Virus record (IMG/VR): IMGVR_UViG_3300042887_005324
Span: 1-64,000 of that record
Reading direction: 5' to 3' (one strand)
Length of the DNA stretch: 64,000 nt
Origin: a virus
Of this stretch, positions 55,896-64,000 are shown in pieces. The position numbers and the translations under genes were made by a program. The notes below the pieces were generated by a model. That model did no database searches. It worked only from the letters and a program-made list of their open reading frames with translations, and had not been told where the DNA came from. How positions within the stretch are numbered: position 1 is the first letter of the stretch; each line of letters opens with the position of its first letter.

Positions 55896-55938
55896 AGAAA
55901 TATATATTAAAAATAATTTTTACTTTTTTATATATACA

Positions 55939-57030
55939 GTGATGAAAGAACTTTCTTTAATTAGCGAAGCATTAGGTGTTGCTAAGTCAACAACATTCTA
56001 TACAAAAAGGCTTACTAAAATGGTAATCGACGAATTCTATGATTTTGTTGATGATGCAAAGACACTTGGTAAAGGAGCAAGTGAGCCATATGTTGGTGAT
56101 AAAGCTTTAAGTTATTACCAAATTAAAAATTTAATACCATCAACAGATAGAGATGTTTATCTAGACTTTCCGGTAAGTGAAATTCTAGTATCAGTCATCA
56201 TTGAAAAGAAAGATAGAGAAGAAATGCTTGACTCAGATGGATTTGAAGTACCATATTTAATTGGTGGTTATGCTTCACCTTTTGCAAAAGGTAGAGAAAA
56301 ATATGCAACACGATTCAAACCATCAATAAGACAAAAAGTAGACCATAGCTTATCAATTCATTTGACTATAGAAATAAACTACGGTAATAAATTTAGAAAG
56401 ATATCAACATCTCACCCACAATTTGAGAACACACATTTATTTAAAAAAGTAGAAAGTGTTATTTTACACGAACTAAATCATTTATATGAATTCTATAAAA
56501 GGAGACTATCTGGATCATCATCAATAGGTACTTCACTTACCTGGGCTTCTATAGGTGAGGATATTTATAAAGACTTACCAAAAGATGTTATCAAATACTG
56601 GCAAGATGAGTTTACAACATATATTTATGCTGCTGAAAAACATGAGTTGAATGCTCAAGTTCAAGAGATGAAAGCTTACTCAGATAAGATGAATTTCGAT
56701 AAATTCAGAAGATTATTTCAGTACAAACAAGCGAAAGACATGCAGTCTTGGAATTATGAAGAATTCTTAAATGAAATGACTAATAGACTTGATAAACATA
56801 AATTAACTATCTCAATTGTTGATATTATGAAAGAACAGTTTATTCTTGAATATGAGAAAAATCTAAAAGAATTAGATGAAATACCAAAAATTGATCCAGT
56901 AAAACTAAGAAAAATGTCTACTGAAAAGTTTTTCAAATTCTTTGAAAAAATAATCAAAGAGGCTGGAGAAACTCTTATTAGAGGATACTGTAGATTATAC
57001 GCATTAAAAGAAATAAAAAAAGAGTACTAA
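55939..57030 (+). CDS. Putative zincin metallopeptidase
   Basis: VILHELNH (HExxH) with a downstream ELNA third-ligand helix. Confidence 0.6.
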   Translation: MMKELSLISEALGVAKSTTFYTKRLTKMVIDEFYDFVDDAKTLGKGASEPYVGDKALSYYQIKNLIPSTDRDVYLDFPVSEILVSVIIEKKDREEMLDSDGFEVPYLIGGYASPFAKGREKYATRFKPSIRQKVDHSLSIHLTIEINYGNKFRKISTSHPQFENTHLFKKVESVILHELNHLYEFYKRRLSGSSSIGTSLTWASIGEDIYKDLPKDVIKYWQDEFTTYIYAAEKHELNAQVQEMKAYSDKMNFDKFRRLFQYKQAKDMQSWNYEEFLNEMTNRLDKHKLTISIVDIMKEQFILEYEKNLKELDEIPKIDPVKLRKMSTEKFFKFFEKIIKEAGETLIRGYCRLYALKEIKKEY

Positions 57031-57045
57031 AAAGTACTCTTTTTT
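57014..57045. terminator. Terminator
   Basis: AAAAAAAGAGTACT-AAAA-AGTACTCTTTTTT. Confidence 0.8.
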
Positions 57046-57090
57046 ATTAGAAGGGATATTTGTTTATGTCAAAACCGTAAGGTACCCTTC

Positions 57091-57816
57091 TTAAAATTTC
57101 TTTAGAACTTCTCGATTATAGTAATCTTCGAATCCTTCAAGTTGTTTATCAATACTGTCAGACTTATCTAAACCAATAATCTCATCAATCAATCCAAATT
57201 CTAAAGCTTCATGTGAATTAAACCATTTATCTCTTCTTGAAGAATCTAACATTTCTTCAAATGTTTTTCCACAATTCTTTGCGAGAAGTTTGAAAAGAAT
57301 GTAGTTGTACTTTTCAGCTTCGATTTGATTAATTCTCGTATCTTCGATTACACCGCTAGTTCCGTGACTTACTTGGTGAGTCATAACTTTAGAGTAAATC
57401 AAAGAAGAACGCTTTCCTTTTGTTCCTGAAGAAAGTAAAACTGAACCCATACTTGCACACATTCCTAAATTGACAGTTGCTACATCAGATGAAATATAGT
57501 TCATCAAATCGACAATACCTAGTCCACACATAACTGATCCACCTGGTGAATTGATATAAAGAGTAATATCTTTCTTTTCTACTGAATCTAAAAATAACAA
57601 CTGTGCTTGAACAATATCTGACATGTGTTGATCTACTGGACCAGAAAGCCAAATGATTCGTTCTCTCATTAATCTTGAGAATACATCAATCTGTGTCATA
57701 TTCAGTTGTCTTTCCTCTAAGATGTATGGGGTTAGACCATTTTCAAATTGATCAAGAGAAGTTGAAGATATTCCTTGACTTTTTGCAAATTTTTTAAATT
57801 CTTTTCCTAAGTTCAT
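57091..57816 (-). CDS. clpP: ATP-dependent Clp protease proteolytic subunit
   Basis: DVFSRLMRERII, AQLLFL, YINSPGG, CASMG (Ser), MTHQ (His), RDKWF (Asp). Confidence 0.95.
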   Translation of the reverse strand: MNLGKEFKKFAKSQGISSTSLDQFENGLTPYILEERQLNMTQIDVFSRLMRERIIWLSGPVDQHMSDIVQAQLLFLDSVEKKDITLYINSPGGSVMCGLGIVDLMNYISSDVATVNLGMCASMGSVLLSSGTKGKRSSLIYSKVMTHQVSHGTSGVIEDTRINQIEAEKYNYILFKLLAKNCGKTFEEMLDSSRRDKWFNSHEALEFGLIDEIIGLDKSDSIDKQLEGFEDYYNREVLKKF

Positions 57817-57862
57817 AATTTTAATATTTAAGTAATTGTTGTATAAAAAAAAGTTATAAAGT

Positions 57863-58348
57863 TTACTTTACATAAGATAACCACTTATTGATTTGATGTT
57901 CAGTCATTTCAACGATTTGTTGTTTTGTGAATCCAAGTTGTATCATCATACCAAAGATCATGATCATAACATCACAAGATTCTAATAGAGCTTTCTGAAT
58001 AACTTCTTTTTCAGAGTCATTAGTGAATTTATATCCAGACATTTTAAGTATCTCAGCAGAAAGTTCACCAACTTCTTCTGTTAATTTCAAACATTTTTCT
58101 GGGAGTGTTACTCTTTTTTCTAACTCACATGCATTTTTTACTAAATTGTATAGATAATCAAATGAGTAGTCGGCTTCTTGTGGTAATTCTATAGGATAAT
58201 TCTTTCTTTCATAATCATCAATCAATATAGAAAGTATTTCAGCTTTGTCACCATCTTTTGAACCTAATTCAGCATGAAAAATTGATTCAAGTTCATGAAG
58301 AGCAGTTTGATAATCGTCTTCATTTCTTATAGGTTTTAAATTCATCAT
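57863..58348 (-). CDS. HigA-like N-terminal domain fused to a MazG-like NTP pyrophosphohydrolase (start revised to ATG 58348)
   Basis: KPIRNEDDYQTAL...EILSILIDDYE..YPI, then KLTEEVGEL...ESCD; TATATTTG at 58353-58360. Confidence 0.7.
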   Translation of the reverse strand: MMNLKPIRNEDDYQTALHELESIFHAELGSKDGDKAEILSILIDDYERKNYPIELPQEADYSFDYLYNLVKNACELEKRVTLPEKCLKLTEEVGELSAEILKMSGYKFTNDSEKEVIQKALLESCDVMIMIFGMMIQLGFTKQQIVEMTEHQINKWLSYVK

Positions 58349-58410
58349 ATTGCAAATATATGGAAATTGAGTTAAACAAATTAATATATACAGAAAAACA
58401 TACCTTTTAT

Positions 58411-58659
58411 ATGAAATTTGTAAAAAAGTTTGATTCATTTATAAAAGAATCCACTGAGACGAAAGAAAGTCCAGTAATTACTCCACCATTAACTGAACCA
58501 AAAAGACCAGTTGCGCCAGATAAAGAAAAGATTGAAAGACCAAGTGTAGATCCTGATCCAAAAGCAGAAAAAAAGGTTGATGAATTAGATGTTGTTAAGA
58601 GATTTATTGCTGAGGTAAATGCAAAAGGTGAATCAGTAAAAAAATATTTAAATAAATAA
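58411..58659 (+). CDS. Small Pro-rich protein with a capsid-targeting-like leader (start revised to ATG 58411)
   Basis: MKFVKKFDSFIKES; TTAATATATA at 58381-58390. Confidence 0.65.
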   Translation: MKFVKKFDSFIKESTETKESPVITPPLTEPKRPVAPDKEKIERPSVDPDPKAEKKVDELDVVKRFIAEVNAKGESVKKYLNK

Positions 58660-58660
58660 T

Positions 58661-60199
58661 ATGTCCATTAAAGATTTTGATAAATTCTTTGAAGAAGCTA
58701 CAGTAAAAGGTAATCCTGCTTTTCCGGGTGAAGGTGGTAAAAAAGAAGGAGAAAGTCAATATCTTTCGGATATTGAAAAAAGAGCTAAAGAAAGACTTGG
58801 TGTTAGACCTAGTGACATACGAACAGGTATGATGCCTACTCAGAAAGAAATGAGTTTAGGTAATAGACTTGGTAGTTTACTAGAAGAGTCATTAAAATAC
58901 ACTGAAGGAAAAGAAAAAGAATTATCAGATTTAGCAAATGTAGCTTTCATGAGTATCTATCAAGAACTAATCAACAGATATGATGTTGAAGTAGATATTA
59001 AGCTTGTTAAACCTGGTAAAGTAAAACAATTTATGGATGAGTGTGAAGATTGTCAAGATACACCACCTGCAAAATTTGCTAAGGTTGTTGAACAGGACAT
59101 TATTGATGAAGTACATAAAAGAAAATTTGCTAACCTAATTATTCAAGGTGAGGCAAAAAATACTAAGCACATACTACACAGTGATGAAGTAAAAGAAGGC
59201 TTAGAAAATATTTATGGAAAAGAAGATGCTGAAAAGATTTTCAAAATTTGGGATGAAATGACAAAAACTGCTGATCAATTAGATTGGGTTATGCCACCAC
59301 AAGTCAGAGCAGATATGATGAAAAAAATGCCAGACGGTTTAGCTGGTGCTTGTTTTGTTGACTGGAAAAAGAAAGAAAAGACAGAAGAAGAAAAAGTTGA
59401 AGAACCAGAACAAGAATATCAAGAATGGACTGGAGAAGAAGACGAAGAGTCTATGTATTCTGATATGCCAGAAGATGAACCAATGGAGGTGATAGAAAGT
59501 ACGCCAGTACTTAAAGCAAGAGGAATAGATTTTCCTATGTTGTTACATGAGTCTGTTAAAGGATTATTTGAGATTTTGTCTTTAGGTGGTATACCAGAAG
59601 ATAAAGAAATTGCTGATGTGGTTTTATCAAATACCGGTATTTCAGATGAACCTGAAGATTGGGCATATGGACCAGAAATCGCAGCTGATTTAAGAGACTT
59701 TGTTAATAAATCAACAAGAATTGATGACTTTCCTAATGTTAGAGAAGAACTATTCAAATTAATGATTGATAAAAAAACAATGCCAACTAGTGAATTCTTA
59801 GAACTTATGAGAGGTATTTTATCAAATACAAGTGAAGCTAGACTTAAAGTTGATAGTTTGGTATCAAAGATTTGTGATAAGCTAAGATCTAAAGAAGAAC
59901 AAAAAATTGCTTATCAGAAAGAATTAGAAGAATATGAGAGAAGAAAGAAAGAATGGGATGAATATCAAAAAAGAATGAGTGGTATTCAAATGTCGGAAGA
60001 AGAAGTTGAAAAAGAAGAAGAGATTGATTACTCAACATATTCAGAGAAAGAAATCATGGATGAGATTGATTCAGCTCTTGATTCTGGTGATTATTCAAGG
60101 GTAGAAATGTTATCAAAGTATCTAAAAAATGAGAGTTTGAACATAGTACTTAGAGAACTAAAGTTGATCAAAGAATCTGTAAATTTACATACAAAATAA
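58661..60199 (+). CDS. Acidic hypothetical protein, probable internal head protein; C-terminal IDEAL-like motif
   Basis: MSIKDFDKFFEE; EIDSALDSGDY; LKNES and IKES sites. Confidence 0.65.
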   Translation: MSIKDFDKFFEEATVKGNPAFPGEGGKKEGESQYLSDIEKRAKERLGVRPSDIRTGMMPTQKEMSLGNRLGSLLEESLKYTEGKEKELSDLANVAFMSIYQELINRYDVEVDIKLVKPGKVKQFMDECEDCQDTPPAKFAKVVEQDIIDEVHKRKFANLIIQGEAKNTKHILHSDEVKEGLENIYGKEDAEKIFKIWDEMTKTADQLDWVMPPQVRADMMKKMPDGLAGACFVDWKKKEKTEEEKVEEPEQEYQEWTGEEDEESMYSDMPEDEPMEVIESTPVLKARGIDFPMLLHESVKGLFEILSLGGIPEDKEIADVVLSNTGISDEPEDWAYGPEIAADLRDFVNKSTRIDDFPNVREELFKLMIDKKTMPTSEFLELMRGILSNTSEARLKVDSLVSKICDKLRSKEEQKIAYQKELEEYERRKKEWDEYQKRMSGIQMSEEEVEKEEEIDYSTYSEKEIMDEIDSALDSGDYSRVEMLSKYLKNESLNIVLRELKLIKESVNLHTK

Positions 60200-60209
60200 A
60201 TATTACCAA

Positions 60210-62012
60210 ATGATATCAAATTATATTGACTTTAAATTAAATTTGAATGAAAATATTCAACAAGCTAAGACATTTCTAAAAAATAAAGCTTTAAGAGATA
60301 AAAAGGCTAAGATGGCTGAAGAAGGCGTTGATGTTGAGAAAGAAAAAGTTGGCTTAACACCGAACGAAGTTAGAGATGCTGAAAATGATCCTTATTTTTT
60401 AGAAATAAAGAAAATTTTAGGAGATGCTAGTAACTACGCATATGTTTTTACTAAGTTCTTTTTTGAAGATTTATCAGAACTCGAACCAGATCAAAGAATC
60501 ACAGACCTAAAGAATTTATTTAACACTCTAAGAGAACTTAGACAATCATTATCTTTGTTACCAATGCCTGTTGATAGATATTGTTCAGCTGCTGCTAATG
60601 AAGAAGAAAAGAAAATTGCTCAAGAAGAAAACAGACAGTATCGTAGTCCTTATGAAAGACTTGTAGACGATTTGGAAAAATTGAAAGGTAGTAGACTAAC
60701 TAATAAGTGGATTAGTCAGTTACTCTCTTGGCAAAAATCTTGGTTTGATAAGTTAACACCAGTAATGAAAGAAAAAATTGATGGTATAGCCTCAGCTTTT
60801 GATGAATTTGGCAAAGATTTAGATGGTAGCAAAGATGTTAAGAAAAACAAAGATCTTCAAGATTTGTTCTTCTTGAAAGTAAAGAAATATAAAACATTAG
60901 GTGAACTAGTCTCAGGAGCTGAAAATTATATTAAATCAGCATCTAATGCTAGTGCATCTAAATTTCTTCAAGCACTTTCAAAGGTAAATCAAAGGTATGG
61001 TGAAATTAATGGTGCAGAAGAAGTCTACAATCAAGATAATATCTTAATATTAGAGGTTAGATCATTTGTAGCAAACAGGGACTTAAATTCGAATACATCA
61101 CACTGTATTGCTGGTTCTCAGGGATCTTGGGATCACTATGTAGGTGATAATAAGTTTACAAAACAATATTATATCTATAACTTTAATTTACCACCATCTG
61201 ATGTTAAATCAGTAATTGGTATTACAATTGGTGAAGGTGGTAGAGTAACAGCTTGTCATACAAAAAATGATGGTGGATTTTCAAGTAATATCGAATCTTA
61301 CATGAAAGGTCTTGGTATACCTATGTCAGTATTGGCACCAATGACTAAAGAAGAAATTGAGAAGAAGAAGAAAAGAATGATTGCTAATCAAGAAATTGTT
61401 AAGCCTAAGTTAAGTTTAGAAGAAGTTAAGAAATATTTTGAAGAAGGAGCTGATCCAAATGCTAAAGGTGGTCTTCCACTTCAAAATGCAGTTAAAGAAG
61501 ATGATTATGAGAGAACAAAATATTTATTAGAAATAGGTGCTTATCCGAATGTCGGAAATGCTATCAAGTATGCAAAAAATCTTAATATGATAAAATTATT
61601 AGTTGATTTTGGTTCTCAAATAAATAATGAAGTATTTAATAGTATTATGACCGATTATGACGCAGTTGAATATGTTCTGAAAGCGGGTGTTGATCCTAAC
61701 TTTGAAAAGGGTTATCCAATCAGAACAGCTGCTAAACTAGGTGATACTAATATGATTAACTTACTTATTAAGTATGGTGCAGACATTAAAGAAAGAAGAT
61801 ATATGGTAGTTAAATGGGCTGTTGAGCACGGTAAGCTTGATGTGATAAAATTCTTATTTGAAAAAATGAGACAATTAGATGACCCAGCAGTTAAAGATCC
61901 ATCTACTAAAGATAAGTTCTTAAACGATTGGATCCATTGGTGTCAGACATCAGATAAAATAAATGATAATCAGAAAAAAGATACAGTTGAACTATTAAGT
62001 TCATACAAGTAA
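60210..62012 (+). CDS. PcfJ-like domain plus ankyrin-repeat protein
   Basis: LEVRSF.A...SHCIA...W..Y...YYI; ankyrin repeats GADPN, LQNAV, IRTAA.LG...LLIKYGAD; leader ...LNE. Confidence 0.65.
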   Translation: MISNYIDFKLNLNENIQQAKTFLKNKALRDKKAKMAEEGVDVEKEKVGLTPNEVRDAENDPYFLEIKKILGDASNYAYVFTKFFFEDLSELEPDQRITDLKNLFNTLRELRQSLSLLPMPVDRYCSAAANEEEKKIAQEENRQYRSPYERLVDDLEKLKGSRLTNKWISQLLSWQKSWFDKLTPVMKEKIDGIASAFDEFGKDLDGSKDVKKNKDLQDLFFLKVKKYKTLGELVSGAENYIKSASNASASKFLQALSKVNQRYGEINGAEEVYNQDNILILEVRSFVANRDLNSNTSHCIAGSQGSWDHYVGDNKFTKQYYIYNFNLPPSDVKSVIGITIGEGGRVTACHTKNDGGFSSNIESYMKGLGIPMSVLAPMTKEEIEKKKKRMIANQEIVKPKLSLEEVKKYFEEGADPNAKGGLPLQNAVKEDDYERTKYLLEIGAYPNVGNAIKYAKNLNMIKLLVDFGSQINNEVFNSIMTDYDAVEYVLKAGVDPNFEKGYPIRTAAKLGDTNMINLLIKYGADIKERRYMVVKWAVEHGKLDVIKFLFEKMRQLDDPAVKDPSTKDKFLNDWIHWCQTSDKINDNQKKDTVELLSSYK

Positions 62013-62040
62013 CCCCTCTAAAAATAGTATTTTTAGACCG

Positions 62041-62073
62041 ACACTCTCAAGAAATTGAGAGTGTTTCTTTTTT
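62041..62073 (+). terminator. Terminator
   Basis: ACACTCTCAA-GAAA-TTGAGAGTGTTTCTTTTT. Confidence 0.75.
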
Positions 62074-62121
62074 AAAGAATATTCAATTTATTAATGTAAA
62101 TGAGAAAGAGTAATGTAGATT

Positions 62122-63519
62122 CTATAATTTGAAATCTGTTCCACCTAAAGCACCATAATTCTTATCAAGTTCATCTTGAAGCTTTTTAACATTGTCTTGC
62201 ATAGATTGAAAGTAATCTTTGTATCCGTGTTCAGGAGCTTCTTTTTCTTGTGGTTTTTCTTTATCGAGTTCCCACCAGTCAAAATCTGGATCATCGTAGT
62301 AACCAAGTGGTGTCCAAGTAATTGTACCTTTATCATCGGTTTTCATCAAACTTGGTTTAGTAATACTTAGTCTATCTTTTTTATTAGATCTTATAAATAC
62401 TAAAGCATCTTTAGTGTATTCACCACCTTTATCTGCCCAGAATCCAAGTAAATCGTACATATTATCTTTAATAGTATTCATGTCGGATTCAATTTCTCTA
62501 AATGCTCTGTTGAATAGTGATTGATGTTCGTTCCATATCTCTCTTAGGGTAATTCTTTTACCATTTGAACTAGCAATTTTTAATTGATTATGAGCAGAAT
62601 CTAACTTATCGCCCCAATATCCACCAAACATAACCTGATCAGATGAAAATTCTCTTGGCATTTGACCATATTCATCTCTACTTATATCATATAGTAGGTA
62701 TAAACGAGAACATTTATCTTCTGGTGGTAATTTCTTGAAAATAACAATATAGAGTAGATATCTTGGAAAGTCTTGAATAAGTTCTTTAGTTTGAACTTCT
62801 TTTTGCTTACCTGGTAAATTGAATAGTTTTTGCCACCAATTCTTTACTTCTCGAGTTGTTTTCTTAGTTCTATACCAATTATATCCACCATAATAAGATC
62901 CTTTAGTGATATATTTTTCAATCCAATCTAAATTCTTTTTAAGTGCCATCATCCAAGGCATATCAGATGAGTATTTTATTGCAGCTTTATATGTTTTAGG
63001 TTTAACAGCCATTATTTCATTATCGTCATAAATAACATCAAATTCAGACTTATCAACAATAACATCATCTTCAAATAGAATATCCCAACCACGAGTCTGA
63101 TCACCCATTGTGTTCAATTTTCTAACATTCTTTTCAACTTCTTTAATTTCTAATTTATTCCAATCTTCTTTTGTAAAAAAGATAACACTGCAATTTCTAT
63201 CAGTTTGATTTTTGTTAATTACAAGAAATTTTAGTCCTTCAACATTAGATCTGTGTCTGATATCAGATACTGCCTCATAAAAGTTATTTAATCCAATAAA
63301 TCCAACAATATAATATCTTAAATAATATTTCTTATCAGATTTATTATATTTAGTATATTCTTTTTCTGATAATATTTTTTTAGTATCAAAATTTGGTAAA
63401 ATCCATTTAGTTTCACATCCTCCAACTTGACCTGGTATATAGGCAGTAATATCTTCTACTTTTTGAATAGTCTCGAGAACTTTATCATTAAAATCTTCAA
63501 ATAGCTTAAGATATTTCAT
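62122..63519 (-). CDS. Hypothetical protein with a PcfJ-like segment and a capsid-targeting-like leader (start revised to ATG 63519)
   Basis: MKYLKLFEDFND; IYDDNEIMAVKPKTYKAAIKY...W; ATG overlaps the upstream stop (TAATG). Confidence 0.6.
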   Translation of the reverse strand: MKYLKLFEDFNDKVLETIQKVEDITAYIPGQVGGCETKWILPNFDTKKILSEKEYTKYNKSDKKYYLRYYIVGFIGLNNFYEAVSDIRHRSNVEGLKFLVINKNQTDRNCSVIFFTKEDWNKLEIKEVEKNVRKLNTMGDQTRGWDILFEDDVIVDKSEFDVIYDDNEIMAVKPKTYKAAIKYSSDMPWMMALKKNLDWIEKYITKGSYYGGYNWYRTKKTTREVKNWWQKLFNLPGKQKEVQTKELIQDFPRYLLYIVIFKKLPPEDKCSRLYLLYDISRDEYGQMPREFSSDQVMFGGYWGDKLDSAHNQLKIASSNGKRITLREIWNEHQSLFNRAFREIESDMNTIKDNMYDLLGFWADKGGEYTKDALVFIRSNKKDRLSITKPSLMKTDDKGTITWTPLGYYDDPDFDWWELDKEKPQEKEAPEHGYKDYFQSMQDNVKKLQDELDKNYGALGGTDFKL

Positions 63520-64000
63520 TACTTTAATTTGATGTTCAAATATAACCAAAAATCATTAGATGTCACACTTATTTGAACTTTATCTGACCACTTGAATTGA
63601 ATCAAAAAGTTTCTAAAATTAGATTTAACATTCTCAATTTCATTTTCGTCAATTTTACCGTTGTCCCATTTTCCAATTCCATAATAGCCAAATGTTATAA
63701 CATCTTTGTTTATCATTGTAGACTTTTTATTATCAGATGAACCAATTGAAAAACTTTTCATAGATTCCTTGATTTTAGAAATCAAGATTAATTTGTTTAT
63801 ATCAAAATTAACTAAATTCATTTTCATGTTAACAAGTGAAGGCGAAGATAAAGTTAGTAAATAATTTACAACTCCTTTTGTTATCTTAATTTGACCAAAA
63901 GGAATTACTTGAGTATCATTCATTATACCATATTGAAAATCTAATTTAGAAGTTATACCATAATATAATTGACATTCATTTTGTGTATAATCCAAACTTG
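63519..64000 (-). CDS. Hypothetical protein, 3' part (probably starts beyond the window edge)
   Basis: Open frame running to the right edge. Confidence 0.6.
   Translation of the reverse strand, partial: SLDYTQNECQLYYGITSKLDFQYGIMNDTQVIPFGQIKITKGVVNYLLTLSSPSLVNMKMNLVNFDINKLILISKIKESMKSFSIGSSDNKKSTMINKDVITFGYYGIGKWDNGKIDENEIENVKSNFRNFLIQFKWSDKVQISVTSNDFWLYLNIKLK

Noticed and set aside
504-62370. Short antisense or alternate-frame ORFs in the track (e.g. 504-716, 1166-1468, 10528-10872, 27498-27890, 32523-32738, 48550-48906, 59419-59757)
   Set aside because: They overlap well-supported genes, lack motifs and start signals, and look like shadow frames.
1-64000. Stop-codon reassignment, as in some Bacteroidota phages
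   Set aside because: Conserved genes are full length in the standard code and densely packed; the breaks in the helicases and NrdA are explained by intein halves.
1-64000. Eukaryotic giant-virus origin (NEIL1-like enzyme, ankyrins, NFACT-R)
   Set aside because: The gp23-type capsid, tmRNA, sigma factor, ClpP, lysozyme and Rho-independent terminators indicate a tailed bacteriophage.
1-64000. CRISPR array or tRNA genes
   Set aside because: No regularly spaced direct repeats were seen. The only tRNA-like arm (14760-14783) belongs to the tmRNA.

Overview
AT-rich, gene-dense 64 kb segment of a T4-superfamily (gp23-type capsid) jumbo bacteriophage in the standard genetic code. The host is very probably Bacteroidota: TAnnTTTG promoters, A-rich starts without Shine-Dalgarno sites, a tmRNA resuming at GGC, and Flavobacteria-like SerA. 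The window contains the scaffold 3' end, major capsid protein, baseplate/tail-fibre genes and a lysozyme. Three replication genes (DinG-like helicase, gp41/DnaB helicase, NrdA) are fractured by split inteins, each with a different free-standing endonuclease between the halves; the DnaB intein is split atypically (35/146 aa). A family B polymerase ends at the fingers helix. Also present are a NEIL1-like glycosylase, two DNA methyltransferases, an ECF sigma factor and metabolic genes (RuBisCO-like protein, RpiB, SerA, HAD phosphatases). An RNA/ribosome-rescue set comprises tmRNA with a 29-codon tag, ClpP, NFACT-R, a 2H phosphoesterase, a Pol-beta nucleotidyltransferase and Ro60/TROVE preceded by two Y-RNA-like structures. 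Patterns not captured by standard annotation are: about 20 unrelated proteins with a T4-like capsid-targeting N-terminal leader, mostly behind a TTAATATATA motif (a putative packaged-cargo system); a truncated major-capsid paralogue in a non-structural operon; three promoter classes; and a cis element shared by the capsid gene and the Y RNA/Ro60 locus. All calls come from reading motifs by eye; no searches or folding programs were run.
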